A DNA stretch of 64,000 bases from a virus, in the IMG/VR virus record IMGVR_UViG_3300045988_131126; one strand, written 5' to 3'. The position numbers were made by a program, and so were the translations under genes. The notes below the pieces were generated by a model, which worked only from the letters and a program-made list of their open reading frames with translations, did no database searches and was not told the origin of the DNA. Of the stretch, positions 14,311-23,704 are shown piece after piece; position 1 is the first letter of the stretch; each line of letters starts with the position of its first letter.

Positions 14311-16713
14311 TTACATTTTCTTAGTATAACAATTTAAAACTTTAGCACCTCTTGTAGGAATTATCTTCTGACCTCCAGATATACTAGAAGATACCTTTAT
14401 ATCCTTTACAGGTATATCTAAAGTCTGAACAGTTGTAATTACATGTAATATCTCATTATCATTTGATCCTAATACTTTAAGTATAGAATCTGTTTTTCCA
14501 AGATTAATTACATTATTACCAGCTTTTCCTCTTTCAGATTTTGGTATAGCAGATAAATCTATTTTATTTACTTTACCACCAGTGGTTACAGTAATAATAC
14601 AATCTGCATCTGAATATATAGGAGAAATACCATCTATAGGATTCTTTGTATTCATAGCCATAACGCCTATAGCATTTCTCTTATAATGATTGATACTCTT
14701 GCATGGAATTCTTAATGCTTTCTTTCCACTATAGATTAATACGTCACATTTCTGCGGAATTACATCTATAGCAGTTACAATATCTCCATCATTTAATTTA
14801 GTATATATGATACCTGATGGAGGTGTATTGACAATATCATCTAGATCTATATTCTTAATATAATTTCCTTTTGTAACAACTGTAAGGAAATACTTATTTG
14901 TTTTTCTAGATGCTTGTTTAGCAATAGATTCAAATACAACACCTACTACATTGGAAGTTAATCCTTTTACAATACTACTTAAATCATATCCTATACTATT
15001 CTTTGCAGTATTCGGTATCTTATACACTGGTAACTTATATACCCTTCCATGTTCTGTAAAGAGTAATAAGTTTTCGGTATTAGATACTTTAAATGCAAAC
15101 TTAGGTACGCTATTCTTATTAGTATCGTTATCTTCTGGATTAATCTTCTTAATATAATTATCCTCAGTAATAATAACCTTGAATGTACCTTCTGGAATAT
15201 CATTAATCTGAGATAATTTAACTATTTTACATTTTCTAGGAGCATTATATTTAGCTTTAAATTCTAATAGCTCCTGTTCGATTTCTGCTAATAAAAGTCT
15301 TTCATCAGTAATCATATCAATATAATGATTTGATAAAGCTTTTAATTCTTTAGCTTCTTTCTTATACTTATCAAGATAAGCTACAGATAAAGTTTTAAGA
15401 TTACTATTAATAATAAACTTAGCCTGTAAATCTGTAATTTTAACTTTCTTAACAAGATATTCGATGATCTCGGTATCATCGGTAGTTTTTTGTTTCTTCA
15501 TCATATCAATAACGTTATCAATCTCTCCAGATTCTAATAACTTGATATAAGTTTCTTTTTCATGAAGCTTAGTACTAGCATTCTGATACTTGATATTATA
15601 GTATCTGAACTTGACTAATTTTCTGAAATTGATGAAATATTCTAAATAAGATTTATAACTAAATCTCTTTAATTCTACCCCCTCTAATACGTGGAAGTTT
15701 ATATGGAAAGATTTCTGCATATCTGTATTCTTATAGATTACATCTCTTACATAAGATGGATTAGATCCTTTCTTTAAAAGGATAACTATATTCATATTAT
15801 CTCCTTGAGATTTATCTATAATATCTGCTATTTGCGGAAGCTTTCCTTCTTTAGCAAGATTTTCAATTTTTACTTGAACGCATGTATCATATTTATTAGA
15901 AAAGTTTACCCCATCTGGAGTAGACTTTATAACTAATGCATGCTGATCTACTACATTAGAATTCAAGCCATACTCTTTCTTTAATTCTTCTGGAGTTAAT
16001 TCTTCTTCTTTTATAACTCCTCTTGCTACATATTTACCATTACCAGAATTACAGATCTTTTTCCAATTTGTATCTATAATTTCACATGGCATACATTGAT
16101 CTGGTACTAATACTACATCAGCTTTTGGATCGTGTATAAGCTTAATTGTGGCATCTATAACTTCGCCAATATTGTGCGGTGGAATTCCAGCTTTAATTCC
16201 AAAGCCGATTCCTAATGTACCATTAATAAGTAAGATCGGAACTTTAGCAGGTAAGTATTCCGGTTCATCTCCAGAATAATCAAATGTTGGTAACCAATCT
16301 ACTATTTCTTTACTTTGTTTTAATTCTGAAACCATAGCATCATATCCAAAATTAGATAATGATACTTCTGTGTATCTTGTAGCAGCTGCACCATCACCTT
16401 GCATAGATCCAAAGTTTGATTTGGATGCTGCTAAAGGCATTTTAGTATCCCACCAATCTACAAGAATCTTTATAGAATCTGCTATACTGCTATCTCCATG
16501 TGGATGATATTTCATAACTTCACCAACTACACGAGCAGTTTTAACTCTACTTGTTGGACACATATATGACATTACATATATATCTCTTCGTTGTACTAAT
16601 TTCAAACCATCTCTAACGTCTGGAAGCATTCTACGTCTATTAACCTCGGTTCCATATACTAAACCATGGTCTTTGTATAACTCCATGACATTTCTTTGTA
16701 TTATATTCTCCAT
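14311..16713 (-). CDS. type IIA DNA topoisomerase, subunit A (GyrA/ParC-like)
   Basis: 800 aa. RRMLPDVRDGLKLVQRRDIYVM matches the GyrA N-terminal signature. AATRYTEVSL contains the catalytic Tyr context (AMRYTE). Confidence 0.92.
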   Translation of the reverse strand: MENIIQRNVMELYKDHGLVYGTEVNRRRMLPDVRDGLKLVQRRDIYVMSYMCPTSRVKTARVVGEVMKYHPHGDSSIADSIKILVDWWDTKMPLAASKSNFGSMQGDGAAATRYTEVSLSNFGYDAMVSELKQSKEIVDWLPTFDYSGDEPEYLPAKVPILLINGTLGIGFGIKAGIPPHNIGEVIDATIKLIHDPKADVVLVPDQCMPCEIIDTNWKKICNSGNGKYVARGVIKEEELTPEELKKEYGLNSNVVDQHALVIKSTPDGVNFSNKYDTCVQVKIENLAKEGKLPQIADIIDKSQGDNMNIVILLKKGSNPSYVRDVIYKNTDMQKSFHINFHVLEGVELKRFSYKSYLEYFINFRKLVKFRYYNIKYQNASTKLHEKETYIKLLESGEIDNVIDMMKKQKTTDDTEIIEYLVKKVKITDLQAKFIINSNLKTLSVAYLDKYKKEAKELKALSNHYIDMITDERLLLAEIEQELLEFKAKYNAPRKCKIVKLSQINDIPEGTFKVIITEDNYIKKINPEDNDTNKNSVPKFAFKVSNTENLLLFTEHGRVYKLPVYKIPNTAKNSIGYDLSSIVKGLTSNVVGVVFESIAKQASRKTNKYFLTVVTKGNYIKNIDLDDIVNTPPSGIIYTKLNDGDIVTAIDVIPQKCDVLIYSGKKALRIPCKSINHYKRNAIGVMAMNTKNPIDGISPIYSDADCIITVTTGGKVNKIDLSAIPKSERGKAGNNVINLGKTDSILKVLGSNDNEILHVITTVQTLDIPVKDIKVSSSISGGQKIIPTRGAKVLNCYTKKM

Positions 16714-16779
16714 TTTACTTTATCCTCCAGAATAAGCTTGATTACAAAGAAGTTATAACAAGATTATTCTTCAATAGTA

Positions 16780-17424
16780 TTAAAACTCCAAGTATCTACT
16801 TCTATATGGATCATATGGATAAAATCCAGTACCCATACAATAATAATATTTAGCATTTAATTCAAATTTGTATTTGATTCCGATTATATCTCCAGGAGAT
16901 ATTGATCTCCCTTTATAATTTTTTGGAATATTCTTTGATATTCCGTGCTGAAACATATTGAATATAAATTCAGCTTCCGGAATATACACAAATTCTTCTA
17001 CGCAGATAGATGTAGATAGATTTATTTCTTTTAATTCATACATCACATCCCCATTATAAACTTTCTTATAATCTTTAAAGTGATTATAAGCTTCGATATC
17101 TGCATCGCCTGCTGTATGACAGCCAAAATTATTTTCTTTCTGAAATATTGATACATTCATAATTACAAGAGTAGAATCATAGTCTTCGGATCTATCATTA
17201 TAAGTGGCAACATATTTGATACCAGCTTCATCTAATATGTGCTGAAAATAATCTCCATAGCATGTATCTTCGTTTTCTTCATCAAACCAATCTTCTACAG
17301 CGTTTTCAAGTATTTTACAAGCTTTATTAAATTTTCTTTTTCCTCCTTTGATTTCAAATGTTACGTCTATGAAATCATTCGTAAGACTAAAAACATTAAT
17401 TTTATTACCTTCTGTAGTTATCAT
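16780..17424 (-). CDS. hypothetical protein (214 aa)
   Basis: ATG at 17424 (MITTEG...) with TAAGGAGGATATACTT SD. The track start at 17475 lacks an SD. Confidence 0.75.
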   Translation of the reverse strand: MITTEGNKINVFSLTNDFIDVTFEIKGGKRKFNKACKILENAVEDWFDEENEDTCYGDYFQHILDEAGIKYVATYNDRSEDYDSTLVIMNVSIFQKENNFGCHTAGDADIEAYNHFKDYKKVYNGDVMYELKEINLSTSICVEEFVYIPEAEFIFNMFQHGISKNIPKNYKGRSISPGDIIGIKYKFELNAKYYYCMGTGFYPYDPYRSRYLEF

Positions 17425-17480
17425 AAGTATATCCTCCTTATATTTATTCATACTTATAATATATAAGCCAAGCAAAAAAT

Positions 17481-17513
17481 AAAAGGAAGGGTTTTAATCT
17501 AACCCTTCCTTTT
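17481..17513 (-). terminator. intrinsic terminator overlapping the 3' end of ORF 17494..17877
   Basis: AAAAGGAAGGGTT-TTAATCT-AACCCTTCCTTTT, with TTATTTTTT following on the minus strand. Confidence 0.75.
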
Positions 17514-17877
17514 TATATGCACTTATACTATCAACTATATCTTTATTGTACTCGAAATATTTAAGAATTTCCGATAATTTTATAATGCATTTTCCTAAAG
17601 ATTTAGCATAAAGATACTCTTCATGCGTACTTTCTCCAACAGAATAATCTATTATAAGCACATAGTCAGATATTTTTATAAGATTTTTATGCCTATTATT
17701 CAGATTTTTTATTTCTATATCACCAATATCTGATTTGTTGCATCCTAAAGTACCGTTAACCATATCTGGTATATAAAACATACAATCCTCTATATTACTC
17801 ATAAATTCTTTTGATAATAGGCACATCAACTTTCTATGTTTCATGCTTCCTATACAAGTTATAATCATACTATCCAA
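17494..17877 (-). CDS. hypothetical protein (127 aa)
   Basis: ORF track. Its 3' end overlaps terminator 17481..17513. There is a weak resemblance to nucleoside deoxyribosyltransferase-like folds (GESTHEEYLYAKSLGK), which I am not claiming. Confidence 0.7.
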   Translation of the reverse strand: MDSMIITCIGSMKHRKLMCLLSKEFMSNIEDCMFYIPDMVNGTLGCNKSDIGDIEIKNLNNRHKNLIKISDYVLIIDYSVGESTHEEYLYAKSLGKCIIKLSEILKYFEYNKDIVDSISAYKKEGLD

Positions 17878-18092
17878 AATCCTTCCATTAAATCATATAC
17901 CTTTAATATAGCGACAACACGTAATAAAGTTAGAACCACAACGATTTCAATAAATACTGCTAATATTCTTATTATTACCGAATAAATCATGCATTTATCT
18001 TTTTTAGGTTTTAGAAGTGTATCTACTGCACAAAATATATTTTTAATCATAAATGCTATTACAGAGGCTATTATAAAAGTTAGCATAAACAT
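17865..18092 (-). CDS. small membrane protein (75 aa, two hydrophobic helices)
   Basis: AAAGGGGATAAG SD upstream of 18092. Two long hydrophobic stretches separated by KPKKDK. Confidence 0.65.
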   Translation of the reverse strand: MFMLTFIIASVIAFMIKNIFCAVDTLLKPKKDKCMIYSVIIRILAVFIEIVVVLTLLRVVAILKVYDLMEGFWIV

Positions 18093-18153
18093 GGTGACTT
18101 ATCCCCTTTCTATAAAAATTTTTAATTATATTATAGTAAAGAAGCTTATTGAT

Positions 18154-18453
18154 TTAATATTTGCATTCTCTTAATATAGGATTATAGTAATTGTATTTCT
18201 CTATAAGAGAATCACATAGCTGTTTAACTTCAGAATTAATAGGGTTTACTATCCATCTAGCACTTCCTTCATAATGTGCACACATTTGAAGGTCTGGAAA
18301 AGAATTGTTCATATCAATTACTTTTAGCATCCATATGAGACCATTATTAAGTGCGAAATCCATGCTATGATTATCGCCACCTCTTTGAATTTCGCAATGA
18401 TACCATTTATCCCCTATCATATAGTCTTCTACTATAAATTCAGATATTTTCAC
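18154..18453 (-). CDS. hypothetical protein, paralog of 18440..18739
   Basis: GTG at 18453 lies 9 nt after GGAGGT (rc of 18463-18468). The track ATG at 18474 has no SD. C-terminal YNYYNPILRE is shared with its neighbour. Confidence 0.65.
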   Translation of the reverse strand: MKISEFIVEDYMIGDKWYHCEIQRGGDNHSMDFALNNGLIWMLKVIDMNNSFPDLQMCAHYEGSARWIVNPINSEVKQLCDSLIEKYNYYNPILRECKY

Positions 18454-18739
18454 AATAAGGATACCTCCAATCATTTTCGTGAATAATAGGATTGAAATAA
18501 TTGTGCTCTCTTAATACATAATTATATGCTTCCATAAGATTTTTGTTTTTAGGATCTGGTTTTATATCCCATCCTCTATCATAATTTAATAAAAAAGATC
18601 CGTCAGATTCATCTATAATAGTTAACTTAGATATTCTTCCACCGTTAATACCATAATCACTTCCTGCAAATGGATAGAATTTCATTTCTATTCTAAGTTC
18701 TGTTCCATCTTCGCATATATAATATATCGTGTACCACAT
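18440..18739 (-). CDS. hypothetical protein, paralog of 18154..18453
   Basis: AAAGGAGGATAAATTT SD. C-terminal HNYFNPIIHE. Confidence 0.75.
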   Translation of the reverse strand: MWYTIYYICEDGTELRIEMKFYPFAGSDYGINGGRISKLTIIDESDGSFLLNYDRGWDIKPDPKNKNLMEAYNYVLREHNYFNPIIHENDWRYPYCENI

Positions 18740-18765
18740 AAATTTATCCTCCTTTTTAAAATGGT

Positions 18766-18794
18766 AAGGATAGAGTTCTTAGAACTCTATCCTT
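18766..18794 (-). terminator. hairpin terminator after topoisomerase B gene
   Basis: AAGGATAGAGTTCT-T-AGAACTCTATCCTT palindrome. Confidence 0.65.
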
Positions 18795-18798
18795 TTTG

Positions 18799-21150
18799 TT
18801 AGTTAATAATATCAAATCTTGATAACTTAGCATGAGCTATAAGTTCATATTTATTAGACTCATAATATTTGATCTGCTCATACTCTTTCTTCCAGTCTTC
18901 TATAGTATACTGAAGTAAAGTTCTATTCTCAGGATCCAATGTAGATTCAAAGAATCTAGGTCCATCCATTTCACCAAGACCTTTATATCTCTCAATCTTA
19001 GATGGTTTACTAGCATCAAATGTACTCATTAATGAATATAATGATACCACTTCACCATTAAGTTTATATACTAATGAAGCATTCTTATTCATCATAGAAA
19101 TGATATTCTTAGAATCTTCAATAAGGCTATCGTTCATAAATACCGTATGAACTTTTCCGTTATAGGTTACCTCTAATACCGGAATACCCTTTTTTGTACT
19201 AGATTTTACAAATCTAAATAACTTTTTCAGATTCTTCTCGATTTCTTTTAACGGCTTATCTCTTAAAGTTATTACAGACTCTAATATCAACGGATCTATA
19301 CATAATCTATTTGCAATTCTATTGACTTCATACGTATAGTCATTATTATCATATAATAAGTGAGATAATTCATCTTTAGAAAGAACTTTTCCATTTATAT
19401 ATTCTACTTTATTAGTCTTACTAAATATACTCTGGACATATTTAATATAATCGATCTTGTACTTAAAATAATTATATTTCTTTCCAACCTGCATACCGTA
19501 TAATGGTGGTACAGCTTTATATACATATCCAGCTTTTATTAAATCTGGCATATACATCATAAAGAATCTTATAAATAATGAACTAATATGATCACCATCT
19601 GCATCAGCATCTGTTGCTAATACTATCTTTATAAATTTAACTTTTGAAACATCGAAGTTCTTTCCGTATCCAGCACCTATTAATGTAATAATACCAGATA
19701 TCTCTTCATTACTTAAGAACTTTGCTGGAGCTGTATTAAACGCATTCGGAATTTTACCTCTAATCGGAAAATATCCTTGATGTTTAGTATCTCTACTGTT
19801 TCTCATAACTCCAGCTGCAGAATCACCCTCGCATATCCATAATTCCAAATCATGTTTTAATGAAGGTTTTACATATTTAGCTGGTAAACCTTGTCCGAAT
19901 GCTGACGCCTTGAAGTTCTTAGAGATTTTGATTTTCTCCGTATCTGCTTTCATTCTAGCATCTGCAATATCTTTAAAGTACTTACAAAGCCTATTAAGAT
20001 CATTTGGATTAGCTTTGATCCATTCAGATAATCCATTATAAATTGTATCATTAACGAATTTATCCATTTCTCTTACTTCCAAGATCTCTTTGGCTTGACC
20101 ATTGAATACTGGTTCAAGATGAAAACCAGATATTACTGCTATTAATCCTGTTTTAATATCTGCATTAGTTACAGTTGTTTTGTTTCTAGGATTACTAGAC
20201 AAATATACTTTATTCATATAATTGGTAAAGAACTTACATATTCCTTTCATAAATCCATTTATATGATCTCCTTGACTTGTCGGACAAGTATTACAAAAAG
20301 ATATAATTCTTTCTCCAGATGTAGTATTATCCATATCATAAGTAAATGCTAAATCCACTTTCATAATACCAGTATCTGCTGTAATGAATACTGGAGTTAT
20401 CAGAGGATTGGTACAATTCTGATAAAAGTATGTCATAATACCGTCTTCATTTACAAGTGTTTCTGACACCTTTTCTCCATTAGCTCTAATACCATTAAAT
20501 ATAATCTTAGCTCCAATTTTATTTAATGGTAAAATAAGCTTAACCAAATTTAATACATTATCTACTGTAACATATCCATCACCAGATTTCTGAAACTCTA
20601 ATGCTTCTTCTGCAGGTTTAAATACTACAATAGTACCCTGTTTATTTGTTTTATTTTGGATTTTCTTTTCTCCTTGTTTCCAAGGCTCTCCATTATTAAA
20701 TTCTACTCTTCTTCCCTCACCCAATACATAAGAATCTACATAGAAGAATTCTGATAACGCATTTGTTACTTTTGCTCCACATCCATGTAGACCAGATGAA
20801 TACTCTCCTTTTTTCTTATTATAGTTTGAAGATGTATTCATATCCGTAAAAGCTCTAATGATAGATCCAAACGGAATACCTCTACCATTATCTTCTACAA
20901 TAATCGTTTTACTATTTTCATCATATGAAATAATTACAGTATCACACGGAGAACTGTCTTTCATTATTTCATCTAATGCGTTCTGGATAATTTCTCTGAT
21001 CATATTTAAATGACCTTTAAATCCTCTAGAACCAATCCACATACCAATATTCTGTCTGACCTGAGCTACCCAATTATCAATTGTAATAAGCTCATCACCA
21101 TAATTCTTGATATTGTCAATCATTTCTTGGGATAATTCTTTTTTAGCCAT
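18799..21150 (-). CDS. type IIA DNA topoisomerase, ATPase/Toprim subunit B (GyrB/ParE-like)
   Basis: 783 aa. GHKL ATPase motifs (IIQNALDE, EDNGRGIP, GLHGCGAKV), Toprim ELWICEGDSAAG and ATDADADGDHI, and a C-terminal RYKGLGEM motif. Confidence 0.93.
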   Translation of the reverse strand: MAKKELSQEMIDNIKNYGDELITIDNWVAQVRQNIGMWIGSRGFKGHLNMIREIIQNALDEIMKDSSPCDTVIISYDENSKTIIVEDNGRGIPFGSIIRAFTDMNTSSNYNKKKGEYSSGLHGCGAKVTNALSEFFYVDSYVLGEGRRVEFNNGEPWKQGEKKIQNKTNKQGTIVVFKPAEEALEFQKSGDGYVTVDNVLNLVKLILPLNKIGAKIIFNGIRANGEKVSETLVNEDGIMTYFYQNCTNPLITPVFITADTGIMKVDLAFTYDMDNTTSGERIISFCNTCPTSQGDHINGFMKGICKFFTNYMNKVYLSSNPRNKTTVTNADIKTGLIAVISGFHLEPVFNGQAKEILEVREMDKFVNDTIYNGLSEWIKANPNDLNRLCKYFKDIADARMKADTEKIKISKNFKASAFGQGLPAKYVKPSLKHDLELWICEGDSAAGVMRNSRDTKHQGYFPIRGKIPNAFNTAPAKFLSNEEISGIITLIGAGYGKNFDVSKVKFIKIVLATDADADGDHISSLFIRFFMMYMPDLIKAGYVYKAVPPLYGMQVGKKYNYFKYKIDYIKYVQSIFSKTNKVEYINGKVLSKDELSHLLYDNNDYTYEVNRIANRLCIDPLILESVITLRDKPLKEIEKNLKKLFRFVKSSTKKGIPVLEVTYNGKVHTVFMNDSLIEDSKNIISMMNKNASLVYKLNGEVVSLYSLMSTFDASKPSKIERYKGLGEMDGPRFFESTLDPENRTLLQYTIEDWKKEYEQIKYYESNKYELIAHAKLSRFDIIN

Positions 21151-21186
21151 TATGATTATTCCCCTTTACGTATATTTAAAAAATAA

Positions 21187-21220
21187 AAAAGTGTAGAAGA
21201 GAATTCTCTTCTACACTTTT
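21187..21220 (-). terminator. intrinsic terminator at the low-coordinate edge of the G+C-rich island
   Basis: AAAAGTGTAGAAGAGAA/TTCTCTTCTACACTTTT. On the minus strand it is followed by TTTTTTATTTTTT. Confidence 0.8.
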
Positions 21221-21606
21221 GTTATTCTCTATTTTCAGCATAAATATATGAAATTAATTTTAATTGCGTTCTGAGATTGACCGAGTGCTCCGACTGAATG
21301 ATCTCCCTTAACGATTCAACCTTGCAGGGGCTTCTATACGCGCGCTTAAGCCCGTTGTAGCAAAGTAACCGCATTTCCATATTCATTCCCAATTGCCGAA
21401 GTCTTATCCTTCAAACAACGATCGATCTCAGAACTCACATATGTTAAAATAGACAGATGTTTGGCGTATCCTAATATCAACTTAGCTCGCAGCGGACTCT
21501 TGCATATTAAACGCATCATCATGTCCGACTACGACCACTCTCGTGACTACAAGGATAATGCAGAGATAATATCTCATCTTTTCTTGTCTACTTTAATAAT
21601 ATGTTT
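21221..21606. ncRNA. candidate structured non-coding RNA (G+C-rich ORF-free island), family and strand unknown
   Basis: No ORF of 60 aa or more, and stops in all frames. I counted 31/60 G+C at 21301-21360 and 30/60 at 21481-21540, in a genome that is otherwise visibly AT-rich. Long-range pairing GTTCTGAGATTG (21268-21279) with CGATCTCAGAAC (21422-21433). Nested helices 21328-21333/21348-21353, 21353-21358/21415-21420 and 21493-21497/21523-21527. Bracketed by hairpins 21187..21220 and 21607..21636. Confidence 0.5.
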
Positions 21607-21636
21607 AGAGAGATTGTAAATTAATACAATCTCTCT
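21607..21636. terminator. hairpin after ORF 21643..22578, at the high-coordinate edge of the G+C-rich island
   Basis: AGAGAGATTGTA-AATTAA-TACAATCTCTCT. T-rich only on the plus side (TTTAAATTT). Confidence 0.55.
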
Positions 21637-21642
21637 TTAAAT

Positions 21643-22578
21643 TTATGCTTCAAGTGTTCCAGTTGCATTTACTCTTTCTACTGCTCCATTTGCAGGAACT
21701 GTTGTCTGCTGATCTGGAGTTGCTGGCTGAGCTGGTGCAGGAGCTGGCTGAGCCATCTGCTGATTCTGTGCTCCATATACCGGATAGTTCTGCTGAGGCT
21801 GTGTAGGCGCAGAATAAGTCTGCGGCATACCCATTGGCGGTACAGGCGCATTAACAATAGGAGCTGGTGCTACTCCATTAGCATAAAATGGATTTGCGTT
21901 CATATCTGGTGCTCCATATGTCATTCCACCCTGATTATTCATCATTGGTGATACAGGCTGCTGATATCCATATCCAGGATATGCTGGCTGCTGTGGCACA
22001 CCACCCATATTATACATTGGATATCCCATAGTACCACCATTTGTGATTTCTCTAAAGCTGTTGAATAATCCATTATTCTGCATATATACATCCTGTGTTG
22101 AACTTGCACTTGGAGCGAATCTGGAATAATTCTCTACAGCGATATCATAGAGTTTCGGAATCTTATCAACGAATGGTAAGATTGTGAATAACTGTCTTAC
22201 AACTGTTTCTGGAATATTTACATACATAAGTTTGCAGCATTCCATAACATTTTTAAAATCTTTTACAATCTGTTCTACTTTCTCATGAGTAAGATCATCT
22301 GGATTTAATCTTGCTCCACAGATTGTACACACCACGTCACCGGTGCCATCTTTAGTTTCTGCAATAGAGAACTTGTTTGTCCCAGGATATTTATGAGTAC
22401 AAAGACCTCTATTAATTTCCTGGCTAGTTACTTTCAGTGAGAACATAGCATCAGATTTAGTTAATTCTGCAGCTTCATCTTTTGTAAGCGGCTGAGTAAA
22501 TTTGATGTTCTGTGGCTGTACTCCATTGAAAGTCTGGCCTGCTACTGGGTTAACAAAAGTGTTGTAAAAATTAGACAT
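21643..22578 (-). CDS. hypothetical protein with Cys motif and P/Q/G/Y/M-rich low-complexity C-terminus
   Basis: ATG at 22578 (MSNFYNT...) with AAGGAGGACAAACTT SD. CTHK...CTICG pair. The last ~140 aa are Pro/Gln/Gly/Tyr/Met/Ala-rich. Confidence 0.8.
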   Translation of the reverse strand: MSNFYNTFVNPVAGQTFNGVQPQNIKFTQPLTKDEAAELTKSDAMFSLKVTSQEINRGLCTHKYPGTNKFSIAETKDGTGDVVCTICGARLNPDDLTHEKVEQIVKDFKNVMECCKLMYVNIPETVVRQLFTILPFVDKIPKLYDIAVENYSRFAPSASSTQDVYMQNNGLFNSFREITNGGTMGYPMYNMGGVPQQPAYPGYGYQQPVSPMMNNQGGMTYGAPDMNANPFYANGVAPAPIVNAPVPPMGMPQTYSAPTQPQQNYPVYGAQNQQMAQPAPAPAQPATPDQQTTVPANGAVERVNATGTLEA

Positions 22579-22689
22579 AAGTTTGTCCTCCTTAAATTTA
22601 TTATTCTTTTTTGTGAAACTACAATTATGAATTAGTTTCATCTTTTTTATTTTATTACGTCTACTACCTTTGTAGTTGGCGTAATACGT

Positions 22690-22720
22690 ACAAGCACTAA
22701 CTTGACTTATTAGTGCTTGT
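22690..22720 (-). terminator. hairpin after ORF 22753..23148
   Basis: ACAAGCACTAA-CTTGACTTA-TTAGTGCTTGT. A second, imperfect hairpin lies at about 22655-22684. Confidence 0.55.
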
Positions 22721-22752
22721 AAATATTCATTGATTTGTTTTAAATTTTTATT

Positions 22753-23148
22753 TTACTTTTTAGCGTATCCTAATCCTACTCCAGCGTAGGTTCTAGAATA
22801 TCTGGTCTTATAAGCTTCTTTAGATACTTCACGAGCATATTTATACTCGTCATCAGTCATCTTACTCCTAAGACTCTCAATATAATCTGTGTAGGTAGCT
22901 TTGTCTGGATATAATGTGATTTCTTGAATCGTATCATACTCAATAAACAAAACTTCTATTGGTGCCAAGTCTGCTCCATTTGGTTCTATATTTACTCTGT
23001 GAATCTCTAACAATTCTTCATCGTCATTCCAAATAAGAGTATTTCTTTCTCGACAACCACCATAGTATAACCTCTGATTATCAGCTGTTACCATTATCGG
23101 GAACCCTTTGAACTTCTCCCGAATCATTATAACGTGTTCTTTTGTCAT
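22753..23148 (-). CDS. hypothetical protein (131 aa)
   Basis: ATG at 23148 (MTKEHV...) with CAGGAGGAATAATA SD. Confidence 0.75.
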   Translation of the reverse strand: MTKEHVIMIREKFKGFPIMVTADNQRLYYGGCRERNTLIWNDDEELLEIHRVNIEPNGADLAPIEVLFIEYDTIQEITLYPDKATYTDYIESLRSKMTDDEYKYAREVSKEAYKTRYSRTYAGVGLGYAKK

Positions 23149-23602
23149 TATTATTCCTCCTGGCATTATCGACCACAATGAAGGTATAATTCATACCTTT
23201 ATTATATTGTAATACCTTTTGAGTCATAATAAACAAAGTATCAATAATAGGCTGTGCTATTATTTTACCAGGTTCACATCTATTGACATAATTAAATACA
23301 TTATATAATCCTTCATATAATATATTGTATGCAATCTGAGCCTGATTATGAATCTGATATACATTTAAATATTCAACTGGTGGAGCTTCTGTTAAAGTTG
23401 AGAAATAATTATTCAAGCCTACGGCTGTCATATTATTATATACCCAATTTTCATAACAAGCATTCATCAATTGAGATACAAACATTGGATCTGCATAATA
23501 TCGTAAATACTTAAGATTTGTATAATCGATATTAGCATATGCCATATCCTTGAGAATTCTTCCAGCTTCTTTTTTGATATCTTCAATCGTCATTTTACTC
23601 AT
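23081..23602 (-). CDS. hypothetical protein (173 aa)
   Basis: ATG at 23602 (MSKMTIED...) with TGGAGAAG SD. The track start at 23698 is a GTG with poor spacing. The 3' end overlaps the next gene by 68 nt. Confidence 0.65.
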   Translation of the reverse strand: MSKMTIEDIKKEAGRILKDMAYANIDYTNLKYLRYYADPMFVSQLMNACYENWVYNNMTAVGLNNYFSTLTEAPPVEYLNVYQIHNQAQIAYNILYEGLYNVFNYVNRCEPGKIIAQPIIDTLFIMTQKVLQYNKGMNYTFIVVDNARRNNNDKRTRYNDSGEVQRVPDNGNS

Positions 23603-23704
23603 GAAGTCTTCTCCAAATTGCTGAAGTCTAAGATCAAACCAATTAGGTCTTTTCTTTTTGTTGTTTTTTGAGTTATTGTGTTTTCCCAATGACCTCACCC
23701 TTTC

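Noticed and set aside
21221-21606. The G+C-rich island might be a group I intron, tRNA, tmRNA, RNase P RNA or a decayed gene.
   Set aside because: - The flanking genes have complete N- and C-termini, so nothing is split.
- I found no tRNA-like T-arm (GGTTCGA.TCC), no GAGGAAAGTCC-type RNase P block and no tmRNA ends.
- A decayed foreign gene cannot be excluded without TBLASTX. The nested complementary segments favour RNA structure.
23081-23148. The 68-nt overlap between ORF 23081..23602 and ORF 22753..23148 might mark a programmed frameshift or a sequencing error.
   Set aside because: - No slippery heptamer was recognised at the junction.
- The downstream ORF has its own strong SD (CAGGAGGAATAATA).
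- Treated as a genuine overlap, with low certainty.
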